From Raillietiella orientalis (Eukaryota), in the NCBI GenBank assembly GCA_036172245.1, contig JAYWIR010000010.1:2914001-2978000 (forward strand): a stretch of DNA of 64,000 nucleotides, read 5' to 3'. A program made the position numbers and the translations under genes. Positions 41,301 to 50,900 of this stretch are shown here, in pieces. The number at the start of each line of letters is the position of its first letter. Within the stretch, counting starts at the first letter, position 1. The notes beneath the pieces are model-generated. The model was not told where the DNA came from. It saw nothing but the letters and a program-made list of their open reading frames with translations, and ran no database searches.

Positions 41301-43633
41301 TTGTGCCGAAGCGATCGGTATCACCTTCATTGCCATGTTGCAGGAGGCTTCCCGAAACTCCTGTAACATGGAGTGCAGGAGGATGTTCCAGAGATCTATG
41401 GGAACCATGCTCCTTCTACACCTTCCTCTCCGCCTACTGGTCGCGAGGGGTTCCCAATTCGAGACTCGAAAGAGGTTTATTCCGACGAGCGGGGGAGAAC
41501 AAAAGAGGAAAGATGCAAGGGATTGAGGGGAGGAGGAGGGGACTATCCAGGGGAGCTGTGTCTGTAACTGAAATCGATGTGGAGGAGGCTTCTCTCTGAT
41601 TTCTCAGAATCTTTTTGGAAAGGGGGATGCAAGAGCACTTGTTCCATCAGCAAGTTACGGAAAGGTAGGCCAAGAAAGGAGTGGAGACATGACCCAAGCC
41701 GGCAGTGCAGATGGTTGCCGAAAATAACCACGGCGCTGTCATCGGAGAAGAATATTGGTGGTGTGTGGAGATCCCTCAAGTCTTTGTGCAAGGCTGATGC
41801 CGGAGGATATCCTAGAGCAGCGGCTACTTTTTGCTCCGAACGAATCCCCTCAGCGGAGAAATGGTCGGGAGCCTACTTCCTATGTGCCTACTTCCCTCTC
41901 AAGACTGCACTCAGAAGCGCAAAAGCAACAGTGACGTTCTGAAGCCGTGACCAACGAGCCTTTTCGACCGACCTAGGATCAACAAAGGAAGGAGGGTATG
42001 CAGTTGGAAAGGATAGCGAAATTGCATCCGACCAGCAGCAAAGCCCTGCGGGAGGACATAGCGAGATGCGCCTGTAGCATCGTAATCTCTTCCTATCGGG
42101 TTCCCAGGAAGGAAATTGCACTCCCTTTTCTGATAGGGTATGGCCCCTTGGCATCCGAGAATGGAATTCCCTTTACCCTCCCCTTCTCTCCTCCATGGTC
42201 TTGTGCTCGCCAGAGATTGATCCGCTTTCGGGAACATCAGTAGACAGGGATTGGTTGCATGCGAACTCTCTCGAGAGGACTGATGTCACGAGGCAAGAGG
42301 CGACTGCTAAGCTGCCCTTCCTTTTCTCCGCCCCGAAAGAGCAGTCACTTACCTCCAGAGGTCTCACACACAAGTATCACGTTATCGCCTTCCTGGAAGG
42401 AGAGGTCTGCCTCCACCAGCTTATCGCCCTGGGAGACGAAGATCCTCGGTACTTCGGGAGGAACTGAAAAAACAAACATCAGACGGAATTGTGAAGGTCA
42501 CAAGCTACAAAGGGGTGCACGCATCGCAAAGAGCGCCCATACCACGAAAGAGCCAACCTGTAGTCAAGAAGACGACCGTTTGCGCATCGGAAAGGGACCA
42601 GAAGAGAGAAAACGAGTAGGATCAGGAGACAGCGTATTCTGGAGAAACGCAAGAGTAGGGATCTAAAGCCTGCGTCTAGGGGAGGCTCGGCAGTAGCGCA
42701 AGAGCGAGGTGTCCTGAAGGAAGGAAGAGCGAGCGCCTACTGACCTATCACAGAGAGCATCACCCTCTGGTTCCTGGTAGGTGAATCCAGGAAGTCCACC
42801 CGGCACCGGTAGATCCCTTCGTCGCTTTCCTTGGCATTGTCGATCTGTAGGCCAATGGGATCTTTGGCCCTGAAGTAGGCCCTGGAGCCAAAGACGTCTT
42901 CGTCTGACCAGTGGATACCACCATTGATCTGGTCGACGACACGGCAGTCGAAGCTGGAAGGCACAGAACGGATCAGAGGTGCTGAAGCCCATGGACATCC
43001 ACAGCCTTCCCAACGCCCTCCTAGCCATGCTTCCGTGGCGGCTTCGAGGGAGAGAGAAGCTGAGTCTTCGCGCATTCCATCGAGATGCAAGCAGGACGCA
43101 AAGACACAGGAGGCTGGACTTGAACGGGATTAGCGGCGTTCACATGGAAACGAAGTGCAGAGGGCAGAATTGCTCCTGGACAGAGGTGCGCGAGGAGCGG
43201 CCGCCCTCAAGACTCGAGGAACAAAGCCTAGGCTCCGTCCTCCTGTGGCCTGTCTCTAGCGGCGTTGACCAGCCGCAGTCTCATCGGGGGAAGAGGAGCC
43301 AGGAATGCTGGGTAGCATCAACAAGAAAGAAAACTGCGGCGGGTAGCACCTCGCTCCGAAAGCCCTTACATGGGGGGACTTTCGGAGCAAGCTTCCAGCA
43401 GAGTGGTCTTCTTTGAAACGCCTCGAAGGTGGAGCAGGAGAGGGACAGAAGAAGGAGCAGGAGCAGAAAAAAGGGAGAACAAAAGGAGCCCTGGCGTTAC
43501 CTGTATATGGGAATCCCGGACGGCTCGCGGTACCACAGGACCAAGGAGAAAGTGTCGTCGGCCTTCTCCGGGTGTATGTTGCACGGAAGGAGCACGTTTC
43601 CCTGCACGACGGTGGACACGGAGATGGGCTCGA
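2028..43633 (-). CDS. Sidestep (Side)-family / nephrin-like Ig-superfamily protein, partial spliced CDS (5 Ig + 1 FN3): complement(join(2028..2327,10461..10754,11962..12121,15966..16096,19887..20031,21657..21814,33151..33351,42353..42463,42745..42953,43501..43633))
   Basis: Seen: ten exons, each bounded by polypyrimidine-AG and GT. Intron phases in transcript order are 2,1,1,1,0,1,0,1,1, and the joined 1842 nt has no stop. Motifs include LPC..LVLWYR..GIPIYSFD, DEGIYRCRVDF..SPTRN, GGRPAPSLKW, CKAWGSRPSA.ITW, LNPLDIKVGDDVYFEC...ANP, SLVLQKVS...AGFYSCVASNVEGDGES, DYGTLLCWASNEMG, and GKPD.LTNC...C..GFDGGLPQ.F. Established knowledge: these motifs and the 5xIg+FN3 layout are characteristic of arthropod Side-family proteins. 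The specific paralog cannot be assigned without a phylogeny. Confidence 0.93.
2566..2587. repeat. Poly-T mononucleotide run, one of several A/T runs in the window
   Basis: 22 consecutive T. Confidence 0.9.
10461..10754 (-). CDS. Side-family exon I: Ig5 (FAPTCGARQKFTYGVARKEEVQVTCTVDAVPPATSFQWTFNSSGEVLDIAHSWHTDDSSRSVLRYVPVTDADYGTLLCWASNEMGRQAVPCLYRIIPA-G)
   Basis: Acceptor ttcttcttccAG, donor AG|GTgaga. 294 nt, phase 1 to 1. Four-Cys Ig5 pattern with the DYGTLLCWA.N..G.Q..PC motif. Confidence 0.96.
11962..12121 (-). CDS. Side-family exon H: C-terminal half of Ig4 (DQNILENRNAGIIMSNLSLVLQKVSQNSAGFYSCVASNVEGDGESEALELTVK)
   Basis: Acceptor tctgtgtttccAG, donor T|GTaagt. 160 nt, phase 0 to 1. GII.SN.SLVLQ.V....AG.Y.C.ASN.EGDG.S motif. 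Confidence 0.96.
12512..12722. repeat. Purine-rich low-complexity tract (GGA/GAT/GAA triplets), intronic
   Basis: Very few C, with repeated gga/gat/gaa. It produces artefactual E/R-rich and I/L-rich ORFs. Confidence 0.75.
15966..16096 (-). CDS. Side-family exon G: N-terminal half of Ig4 (FTPEVKLEFGTSLNPLDIKVGDDVYFECYTVANPWIYKVTWKHN)
   Basis: Acceptor ctcttttttcAG, donor AAT|GTgagt. 131 nt, phase 1 to 0. Carries the characteristic Side LNP..I..GDDVYFEC...ANP motif. Confidence 0.96.
18529..18585. repeat. Degenerate (GAT/GAC)n trinucleotide tract, intronic
   Basis: gatgaagaagacgatgagaaggacgatgacggcggcaatgatgatgatgagaagac, read directly. Confidence 0.7.
19887..20031 (-). CDS. Side-family exon F: C-terminal half of Ig3 (ISVDENLTISTIELTPMAHHHRKRLVCEARNPEIRDSEIIQFLKLNIH)
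   Basis: Acceptor cttttccccccAG, donor T|GTgagt. 145 nt, phase 0 to 1. N.T.S....TP......L.C.A.NP pattern. Confidence 0.93.
20136..20160. repeat. (AAAAC)5 microsatellite
   Basis: Five exact copies, read directly. Confidence 0.9.
21657..21814 (-). CDS. Side-family exon E: N-terminal half of Ig3 (FAPLGVEIKTNTNEDFMLATKKYTISCKAWGSRPSAMITWLLEDAELTEVHEL)
   Basis: Acceptor gttgttttccAG, donor CTG|GTaaga. 158 nt, phase 1 to 0. C...GSRP.A.ITW motif. Confidence 0.94.
30073..30281. repeat. Imperfect 40-bp direct repeat (30073-30112 and 30242-30281), intronic
   Basis: aaggtCaagtcAgCcgctGgAggaaggaaggaagctacgc versus aaggtAaagtcGgTcgctCgCggaaggaaggaagctacgc: 35/40 identical by eye, last 19 nt exact, offset 169. 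Confidence 0.8.
33151..33351 (-). CDS. Side-family exon D: C-terminal half of Ig2 (RPAPSLKWYRENALLDDSYETFFDGTVRNKLQLAQLSRSDVNAKYSCHAANDVTVPLHASVTIDMI)
   Basis: Acceptor cctttttttgcAG-type pyrimidine tract, donor T|GTgagt. 201 nt, phase 1 to 1. Lies within ORF 33095..33403. Confidence 0.95.
34816..34864. repeat. Short tandem duplication: gagaactgtgagactaatc twice, 30-bp period
   Basis: Exact 19-mers at 34816-34834 and 34846-34864. Confidence 0.85.
36344..36371. repeat. (GA)n / GACA microsatellite
   Basis: gagacagagagacagagagagagagaga, read directly. Confidence 0.8.
42353..42463 (-). CDS. Side-family exon C: N-terminal half of Ig2 (VPPEVPRIFVSQGDKLVEADLSFQEGDNVILVCETSG-G)
   Basis: Acceptor tttgttttttcAG, donor AG|GTaagt. 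111 nt, phase 1 to 1. VPP...EGD.V.L.C...GG pattern. Confidence 0.92.
42745..42953 (-). CDS. Side-family exon B: C-terminal half of Ig1 (FDCRVVDQINGGIHWSDEDVFGSRAYFRAKDPIGLQIDNAKESDEGIYRCRVDFLDSPTRNQRVMLSVI)
   Basis: Acceptor ttctgtgccttccAG, donor AG|GTcagt. 209 nt, phase 2 to 1. Has the V-set DxGxYxC motif and lies within ORF 42737..43090. Confidence 0.95.
43501..43633 (-). CDS. Side-family exon A: N-terminal half of Ig1 (xEPISVSTVVQGNVLLPCNIHPEKADDTFSLVLWYREPSGIPIY-S)
   Basis: Acceptor tttttgttccccaacAG, donor AG|GTaacg. 133 nt, phase 1 to 2. Contains the Ig B-strand Cys and C-strand Trp. The ORF track misses this frame. Confidence 0.92.
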
Positions 43634-44047
43634 CTGTTGGGGAACAAAAAGAGATCGATTGATTAAAACAGGCCATTCATGGGGAGTGAGGATGGATCGG
43701 ATGGTTCTGGAAACGACCAGTGATCAGCAGGCTGTTCTGTTCTCACAATCACGACCGGTCAAAGGTGCATATCGTCTTTTGAGGTTTACAGGGAAGAGTT
43801 CATGGTTTACATAAGCCGGGATATATTCACACGGCTGACGTGGAGTGTGGCAGCACAGATTCACATGGTTCACGAGGCATCGTGTGAATTCATATAGTTT
43901 ACGTATATGTAAATCCGTGCGCTATATATGGAACGATGTAAAGAAACCCGGTTTATTCTGGAAGACGGGATTCACTTTTTGAGTGACTCAGGAGCAAGAC
44001 ACCTGGTGCGCTTCCCTTGGGAGCACGGGGGACCAAGCGAAAGACGT

Positions 44048-44085
44048 TTCACCTAGAGAGAAAACCCGTCTTCCCTCTAGGTGAA
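44048..44085. repeat. Short inverted repeat / hairpin
   Basis: ttcacctagag (44048-44058) pairs perfectly with ctctaggtgaa (44075-44085). Three more pairs form after one mismatch. Confidence 0.75.
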
Positions 44086-44887
44086 GCTCCATTCGAGCAC
44101 GAGACTTCCGATTACAAAAGATGCAGGCTCCAATCAGTACGAAGATTCGCGGAGTGATAGTGGTGATTCTTGCCGGCCCACTCAAAAAGGGATGTTGCTA
44201 ATGCAGCTCTCCTGACTTATAGAATTCCAGGGATCAAGAAGATACAAGCGGGATGCTGTGGAAAGGACCCCTTCAAACGACAGATTTGAAGCGGATATTA
44301 AAAATTCAGAAAAAATTCGAATCCTACATTATAAGGAAACGGAATAAATCTCCCGAGGAGGAAAAATGGAGGCATGAAGTAGGAGAGAAGCGGCACTTCC
44401 GGCGGAACATCAGGTTCAGCATCATTCGGGTACTTTTGATTTTTTTTTTTTTCGAGAAATCGAGCTGTGAAGCAATCAGCAAACAATTTGCATTTTCAGG
44501 CACTCGTTAACATGCATAGGATGGAAGCTGAGCTTGGGTGTTTCCGAATGACATTAAAAAATGCTTCCATTAAGCATTCAGAGATTGCGAAAGGGATCGA
44601 CTTCTTAACCAGTCACCCAGTTTCCCTATCCAGACGCTCTGGGAAGCGATTCTGTAGCTCGAAGGAAGCTCTGCCATCCTAAGAACAACTCACGAAGCGG
44701 AAGACAGTAACAGTCGAAGGAGAGGCAGAACTCCTTCGAACATCGCCTATCCTCCTTCTTTGAACCTAGTTTCACATCGGTACCTCTCATTCGCGCTCTT
44801 CGATCTGAGGACCAATTCTCGATGAGGTGGCACAGTGACGCCATTCCCACAAAATGCAAACATGGATGATCTCGCAATCTAACGCAG

Positions 44888-44917
44888 ATCTGCTCTGCTC
44901 GCTCAAGCAGAGCAGAT
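44888..44917. repeat. Short inverted repeat / hairpin
   Basis: atctgctctgct (44888-44899) pairs perfectly with agcagagcagat (44906-44917), 6-nt loop. Confidence 0.75.
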
Positions 44918-47900
44918 TTCTGTTCATGTGCACAGGTACGCGTCAGAATTATGTGTGATTCACAGAGGGTACATCAACCCATATGAGGGACGTTTCCTAC
45001 CCGTGCTTTGCATGCCTACAAACTGCAGAAGAGGTCTTCAGCTCCAAGCGAACTAGGGCTGCCGTAGTGTTTCTGATCAGGAGCGCCAGCTACGCGAATG
45101 GACGACACCTTCAAAGTGTGGAAAGCAGTGTGCTTCACCGCAAACATAGGATTACACAAACTCATTTGAGTGTTCCTTGTATACCGCATCATTATCTGGG
45201 GAGTTTTACAGGAAGAGCCTTTAATTCTCTCCAGAAGAATGCAAACTACAACTCCCCATTTAGGCATCCGTTGCGTCAGCACTTGAAGACGAATCGAATC
45301 GCTTGCTCTCTCATCCAGATGGGAGCAAAATTACGGTTTCGCCTTAATGTGACTGTTGAAATACGTATTTAAAAACAAGTGGAAACAAATTTCCAAGATG
45401 TACTGCGACATTTGCCAACTGTCTTCCCCTATAAATTGGGCTTAATCCTCCCGTCTTAATAAACCCGGGTTCCAGAATCAATGAGAAGCAGCAGTTCGGG
45501 AAACAGCTATCCCATAGCTAATTATAAGTCATCCAATTTATCAGCTAATCGGTGAAAGATTGGAATGGGTAAATAGAAGAAAACAGTTTATAAATAGCGG
45601 CTGGGCATATTACAGGTACTGTAGCATTACCGGAGACATCCAATAGAGGCAATAAAGGCAGCAGGAAATTCAAGAGTTCCTTTCATCCTAGACTGTTGAG
45701 TGATCCGAAATTCAAGGCACTTCCTGGAGTAACGAGCCTTAACGGTAACTAATGCCATTCAATTCCTTCCCGTGCAGTGGTCTGATACGCCAATTTCTTG
45801 AGCCGTTTTTGCGCAGCTCACATGCTTCAAGAGAAGAGCTTGTTTTTCCTACGAGGGGAGCAGCTTCCAAACACGGAAAACACGACTGGTCAGTCGTGTT
45901 TTCCGCAGCAAGGAGGGGTTGGTGACTCTTTCTACGTACAGCTGAGACAAAGAAACAACTCCTGCCATAGACTTGGCTGGTTGGTTGACACCGTCAGATA
46001 CAAAACCACCAGTGATGGGGCTACAAGATCCGTGAACTAACCAGACTACCTCCCTGGTTGTCAACGGATTTCAGCTGTACATCGCACTGCAGACAAAAAA
46101 AAAAAAAAAATGCATTCTCCAATTTTCTAACAGATAAGTCTACTAGAGAGATGCAGAAAGAAGCACATCAACTCGTAGAAACTCAGTGTTGCACGGTAGA
46201 AACGCACTTTGATTTGTTACCTTAAGATGTGATCGGACGAACTTTTCTCCCTAAGAGGAGAGAGATCCCTCACACAGGAAAGAAGGCTCGCGTCAGTTTG
46301 TCAAAATAGACTGGACTATAACGAAGCCTAGAAGACAGTTTTTGAAAAATGCGGAAGCATAAGGGAGGGTAGCATCATCTTCTATGATTAAAGGCTTTGC
46401 AAAAGAATGGATCGTAAACCAAGAGCAAAAGCATCATAACATATGTAAGGAAGAGAAGTCCACGCAGGCAACCGTAGGGAATCATCAAGTGAGTTCTTCG
46501 AGCACGCAATTCCGCGAACGACGCTCCTCGAAAACATCCTTTTAGCTAGATGATTCTCTCTGTGGGATTATTTTTCAGAGGACTCTTCCCCTCGCTTGAA
46601 AGTGGCGACTTTTCCGTCTTGGTCTGACATTGGCAATTGCTCTCTGGTTAAAACTTGCTTCCAGATGACTGTTTGGCACCACTTACGCCCCTTGCAAATA
46701 TCATCCAAGAGAAGAGCAGAGTGAAAGAATGGCAACTCCCGTGTGCCATCGGATGCCTTACGGATTCACATCCATTGGAAAGGAAAAAAAAAAAAAACAC
46801 ACAATTTTTCTAAGTCATTTGGAAAGAACACATTAGAAGGTAATCAAACTTCCTTTTAAAATATAAATTATTTATAGATGCAATTTGTAACTCCAAGGGT
46901 GACGGCCATGCAGTTTCCAATTTCAGCGGTTTTGTGGAAGACACGCTGGACACGCGAAGCATACCCTTAAAGTACAGCTATCCTGGAAGAGGAACGCGAC
47001 TTGCATGTCCTCCGGAAACAGATTCTTAGTTCCAATACAGGTTATGACATTAAGCCTACTTAATTTATTGATTCCTTGGACTTCATTATCGACAGGTGTT
47101 TATGCTCCATCGATATCTCTCCCTCATAAAAGATCCCTTTTATAATTTTTAGTGCAATCGATACATTTGTGATAGACTTCAGTTTCCGAGTTGTCTGTGG
47201 GCACCATCCTTCTACTTTTTATCTTCCCATACCACAAAAAAAAAAGAAAAAAGAAAGTTGGACCGAGTGTCCCTGCGGAGGAGTTACTTTATTTCACTGA
47301 TAACTGGAAGAGGTGCTTGGAAATCCCAGGTGCTTTCCAGATTCTTCCTACTTTTGTTCTCTTCCATGAACCGGAGATTCCCACTCTTACTGATTCCACT
47401 GTTACTCGATACTTGATCCTAATTCTAATGATGTTCTTAGGAAAAAAAAAAAGATCTTCGAGTGCTCACTCTTGAGTTGCCATTGAGAAACTTTTCCAGA
47501 GAGGACTCTGCATTCCATTTTCCACTGAGCTCGCAGGTTCTTGGTCCTCGTGACGGGAACTGCAGAGCTATTCCCTTAGACATCCTGGTTAGCAATGAGG
47601 AATCGTGTCTTACACCATTTCCTTTTCTTGGTTCCTTCGTAGGCTCTTGAGCGAGTTTATCTCATGTGGCCGGCAAGCCCAAGAGGTGCCGAGAAATCTG
47701 AAAAGGCATCCTCATTCGGGTTCTGACAATCCTTGTTCTCCTGGTCAGGTTGAGGAGCAACAGTCTTGCACAGCACAAGTCATTTTTATAGGAACACAAT
47801 CCAGAATCCACTTTGTTAACGCCGAAATATTATTTCTGCCGAAAATTCTGTTGTGAACAAAGAGAAATGGTTTTTTTTTTTTTAGAAAAAACAAAAACAA

Positions 47901-50900
47901 AGTTATTGAATCGATCCCTCCTGTGACCTGGAAATGGATCTTCCGTTTCCAATGGATGGTCACAGTGTCTAAGAAGAGATGCCCCCAAAAGTTTCCAATA
48001 TTGAGCATTATTTGTCTTCGGATGCTATTTCAGGATCCATCCCTCTCCCACTTTAGCATTCTATTGCTCTGCAACCTCCATCTGATTACGAGAGGAAAAA
48101 CAGAATTCGCTTCTTGAGGCTTTTCGTCTTCGCACTGCAATTTTCTCGCATCTTTTAGGAACGACCAAAGATGAGATGGGAGAAGGACTTTTGAAGAAGG
48201 ACGGAAAGGAAGAACTGTAAGACTGATATATGGGTATTTCAGATCCATTCAAAGACACAAGACATACTTGGTCCAAAAATGGCACTGTTTCGATTGAGAA
48301 CTATTTTCGATGGAAAAACTCCAAGCTTGCTAGATGAAACTATTGGTTTAATACGATAAGTTACTGTAAAGTCTGTCTTGAAGAAGCAGTTGAAGCTGTC
48401 GATTATGTCTTGCACTGTTCAGAAGTAGTAGCAGTGCTATCACGTTGAATCGAATAAGCACTATTCTAAGAGTTCTTTCAGATTCTTCACTAGTGGATCT
48501 GACACAAAATGGAAAGTGCCTAGACAATAGAAAGCCATACATGGTTCCTGCTAGCTCTGCCTCCAGACCTAGATGACGCACCATAGTATGTAAGACTAAA
48601 GTGGAGGAGCATCGTTAAACCGAAGGAAATCGATGAAGGAAGGAAACGGTGAAATGCACCATCGAATGAGTTCTTCTCGGGAAGAGCGGCATCAGTAAAT
48701 GTGGTTCAAAGATAACACAAAAGCATGGACAGAAACCACGTGCAGCGCATTTTAGTGAGCCCACTGGTGAAAATAATGTGTCTCTGGTCACGAGTGGTCT
48801 AGGGATGGAAACTTCACTGCACAACTGGTTCTCCAGGAGAAAACTGTGATTTTTAACTTCCCTGCAGGGAATCGAAGTAAGGGGCACATCACACTTTTCC
48901 TTTGATGAGTGCAAAGATGATGAAGCAAGCCAAAGAAAGCACAACAGTACCACGAAGTATGAGAGTGCCTCAGAGAAATGCTGCTGCAGAAACCATTATA
49001 TCGCACGACATGGACGACTTCTGCCCACAGAAGAAGTAGGAAGGCGGAACACAGGTTTGGACCTCTGTGACACCAAGATGAAAAATCGGGGTACTCCCGA
49101 TAAACAACACGGTTCTGTGACTCTTAGAAATTGAAACGTGTTCGGAAGCTTTTCGGTTTGGAAAGTCCTCAAGTTGGATGAACACCTGGAACACCTGGGA
49201 ACAGCTCCAAGAACCTCACATAAAACTGTGAGGAGAGGGCAAAAAAGTCGCTCTCTATGGTTGGCCATCCTTCCCATGTCTTTTCAGGGGCTTGCTATGC
49301 AGAATAATGATTTATCTTACTACAGTTGATTCAACCCACATCTCTTCTTTTTGAATAAGATAATAACCAAGAGTTTCAGAAGATAAAACCAGGCATCGAA
49401 CTAATCCGCTTTTTTGGTTTTCCGAAAGACACGGGATAAGATCACGTTTTTTTTTTTGGTAAGGGTCACAGAACATGTTTATCGGGAGCGCCCCGATTTT
49501 CCTCTTGGTGCCACGGGAACGGAGGTCCACTGCACCTTTGTTCCGCTTTCGGACCGCATCCTCTCTTTCTGATCTGATTATCAGTGGGATTCGCAGGTGC
49601 AATCGTGGAGGAATGGAGGAAACCGTCCCGGAAGATTTTCTCGGAGGTGCACCGGAAGAGCACCTAGAAATCATCTCAAGCAACCGCTCAACTCAGCGCT
49701 TCGAAATCGAGAATGAGGCACGGAAAGGTTGCTTTGATTGTCACTCTCGAAGACAACGTCGCTGCCGTGTCAACTCCACGGAAGTCTTTGAGAATCCCCA
49801 AAGATTGCAAGCATCGACCTGAATGCTGCAGATCCTTTCCTGGGCGGAAGTCGAGTATAACCTTCTGTGTGTCCGGAGGAGGGTTATTCATTTGGGACCC
49901 TGTTCGGGATCGGGGCAAGGAACTTTTTCCCCATAGAAGCTCCATGCGTGTTTGCCGCAAGACTGAAATTTCATTCCCTTGTGGAAGCAACGGGACCGTA
50001 ATTGCTCTCTCGAAGTTGTGTTTTTCCCGGTCCTGTCATGTTCCACGCTTCATAACTCGTGTTTGTCCAGCTACCGTTCTACACCCGTTCTTGGCACACA
50101 ATGCGCGGAGTCCTGGACAGTCTGCTCGCGAAACGTGGCGCTCACTGAGGTCCTGCTTGATTCTTGCATCCGAGATGCAAAAACGATAAAATTTCTTTCC
50201 AGAAAAAAGAAAAAAAGGGTTTTCGTTTTTGTTTTGATATGAAAAAAAAAAAAAAGGAAGAAGAAACAAAACTGAAATTCTCAAACTTCTGCACCCTTGG
50301 CAATTGCCCTCAGGGTGGCAACACTTCCGAGATTCTACTGAGACGGTTTGACGTTCGGGTTTTCAATGCTCGGCATCGGAAACGTCGAAGAGGGTTACGG
50401 AGAAAAAAAGGACCTGTGTTCAACGACAGCGATACCAAGGCGGGTTGAAGCTCGTCGCGGGAGTGTGGTAACGTGCAGTCAAAAAGAGATGATAGGATGA
50501 GAGTGCTGGACGTGGGATGTAAGATTCGGACACTCGGGGGAAGAGCCTCGTTCTCGACGCTTCTCGCACTGGGCTTGCACGTCAGAGCTTCGGGAGGACT
50601 GCTGAGCCAGCAGTTCCTTTCTTCCATTCTTCCGTGGTACTGGGGAAATCGTATCCCGGAGTGACGGAGGGAATCATCGGCATGCTACAAATCAAGATGT
50701 TCGAACGTTGCTAACGAGCGTCGACGACTTGAACTTCGCTTTATTATTGTTATTATTAGCGTCAACGATTCTTCTGATATCAGTAAGCATGACGAAGCTT
50801 AAATTAAGAAAAAAACGAGGAGAAACGACGATGATGTGAGATGATAGCCAATCCGAAGTCCATGGGACATGAAGCGTCATCCGGATCACCGGAACCGGGA

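Noticed and set aside
2328..42352. Dscam-like arrays of duplicated, mutually exclusive Ig exons in the long introns
   Set aside because: I saw no additional Ig-like exon copies in any intron by eye or in the ORF track. A TBLASTN of each exon against the window would settle this.
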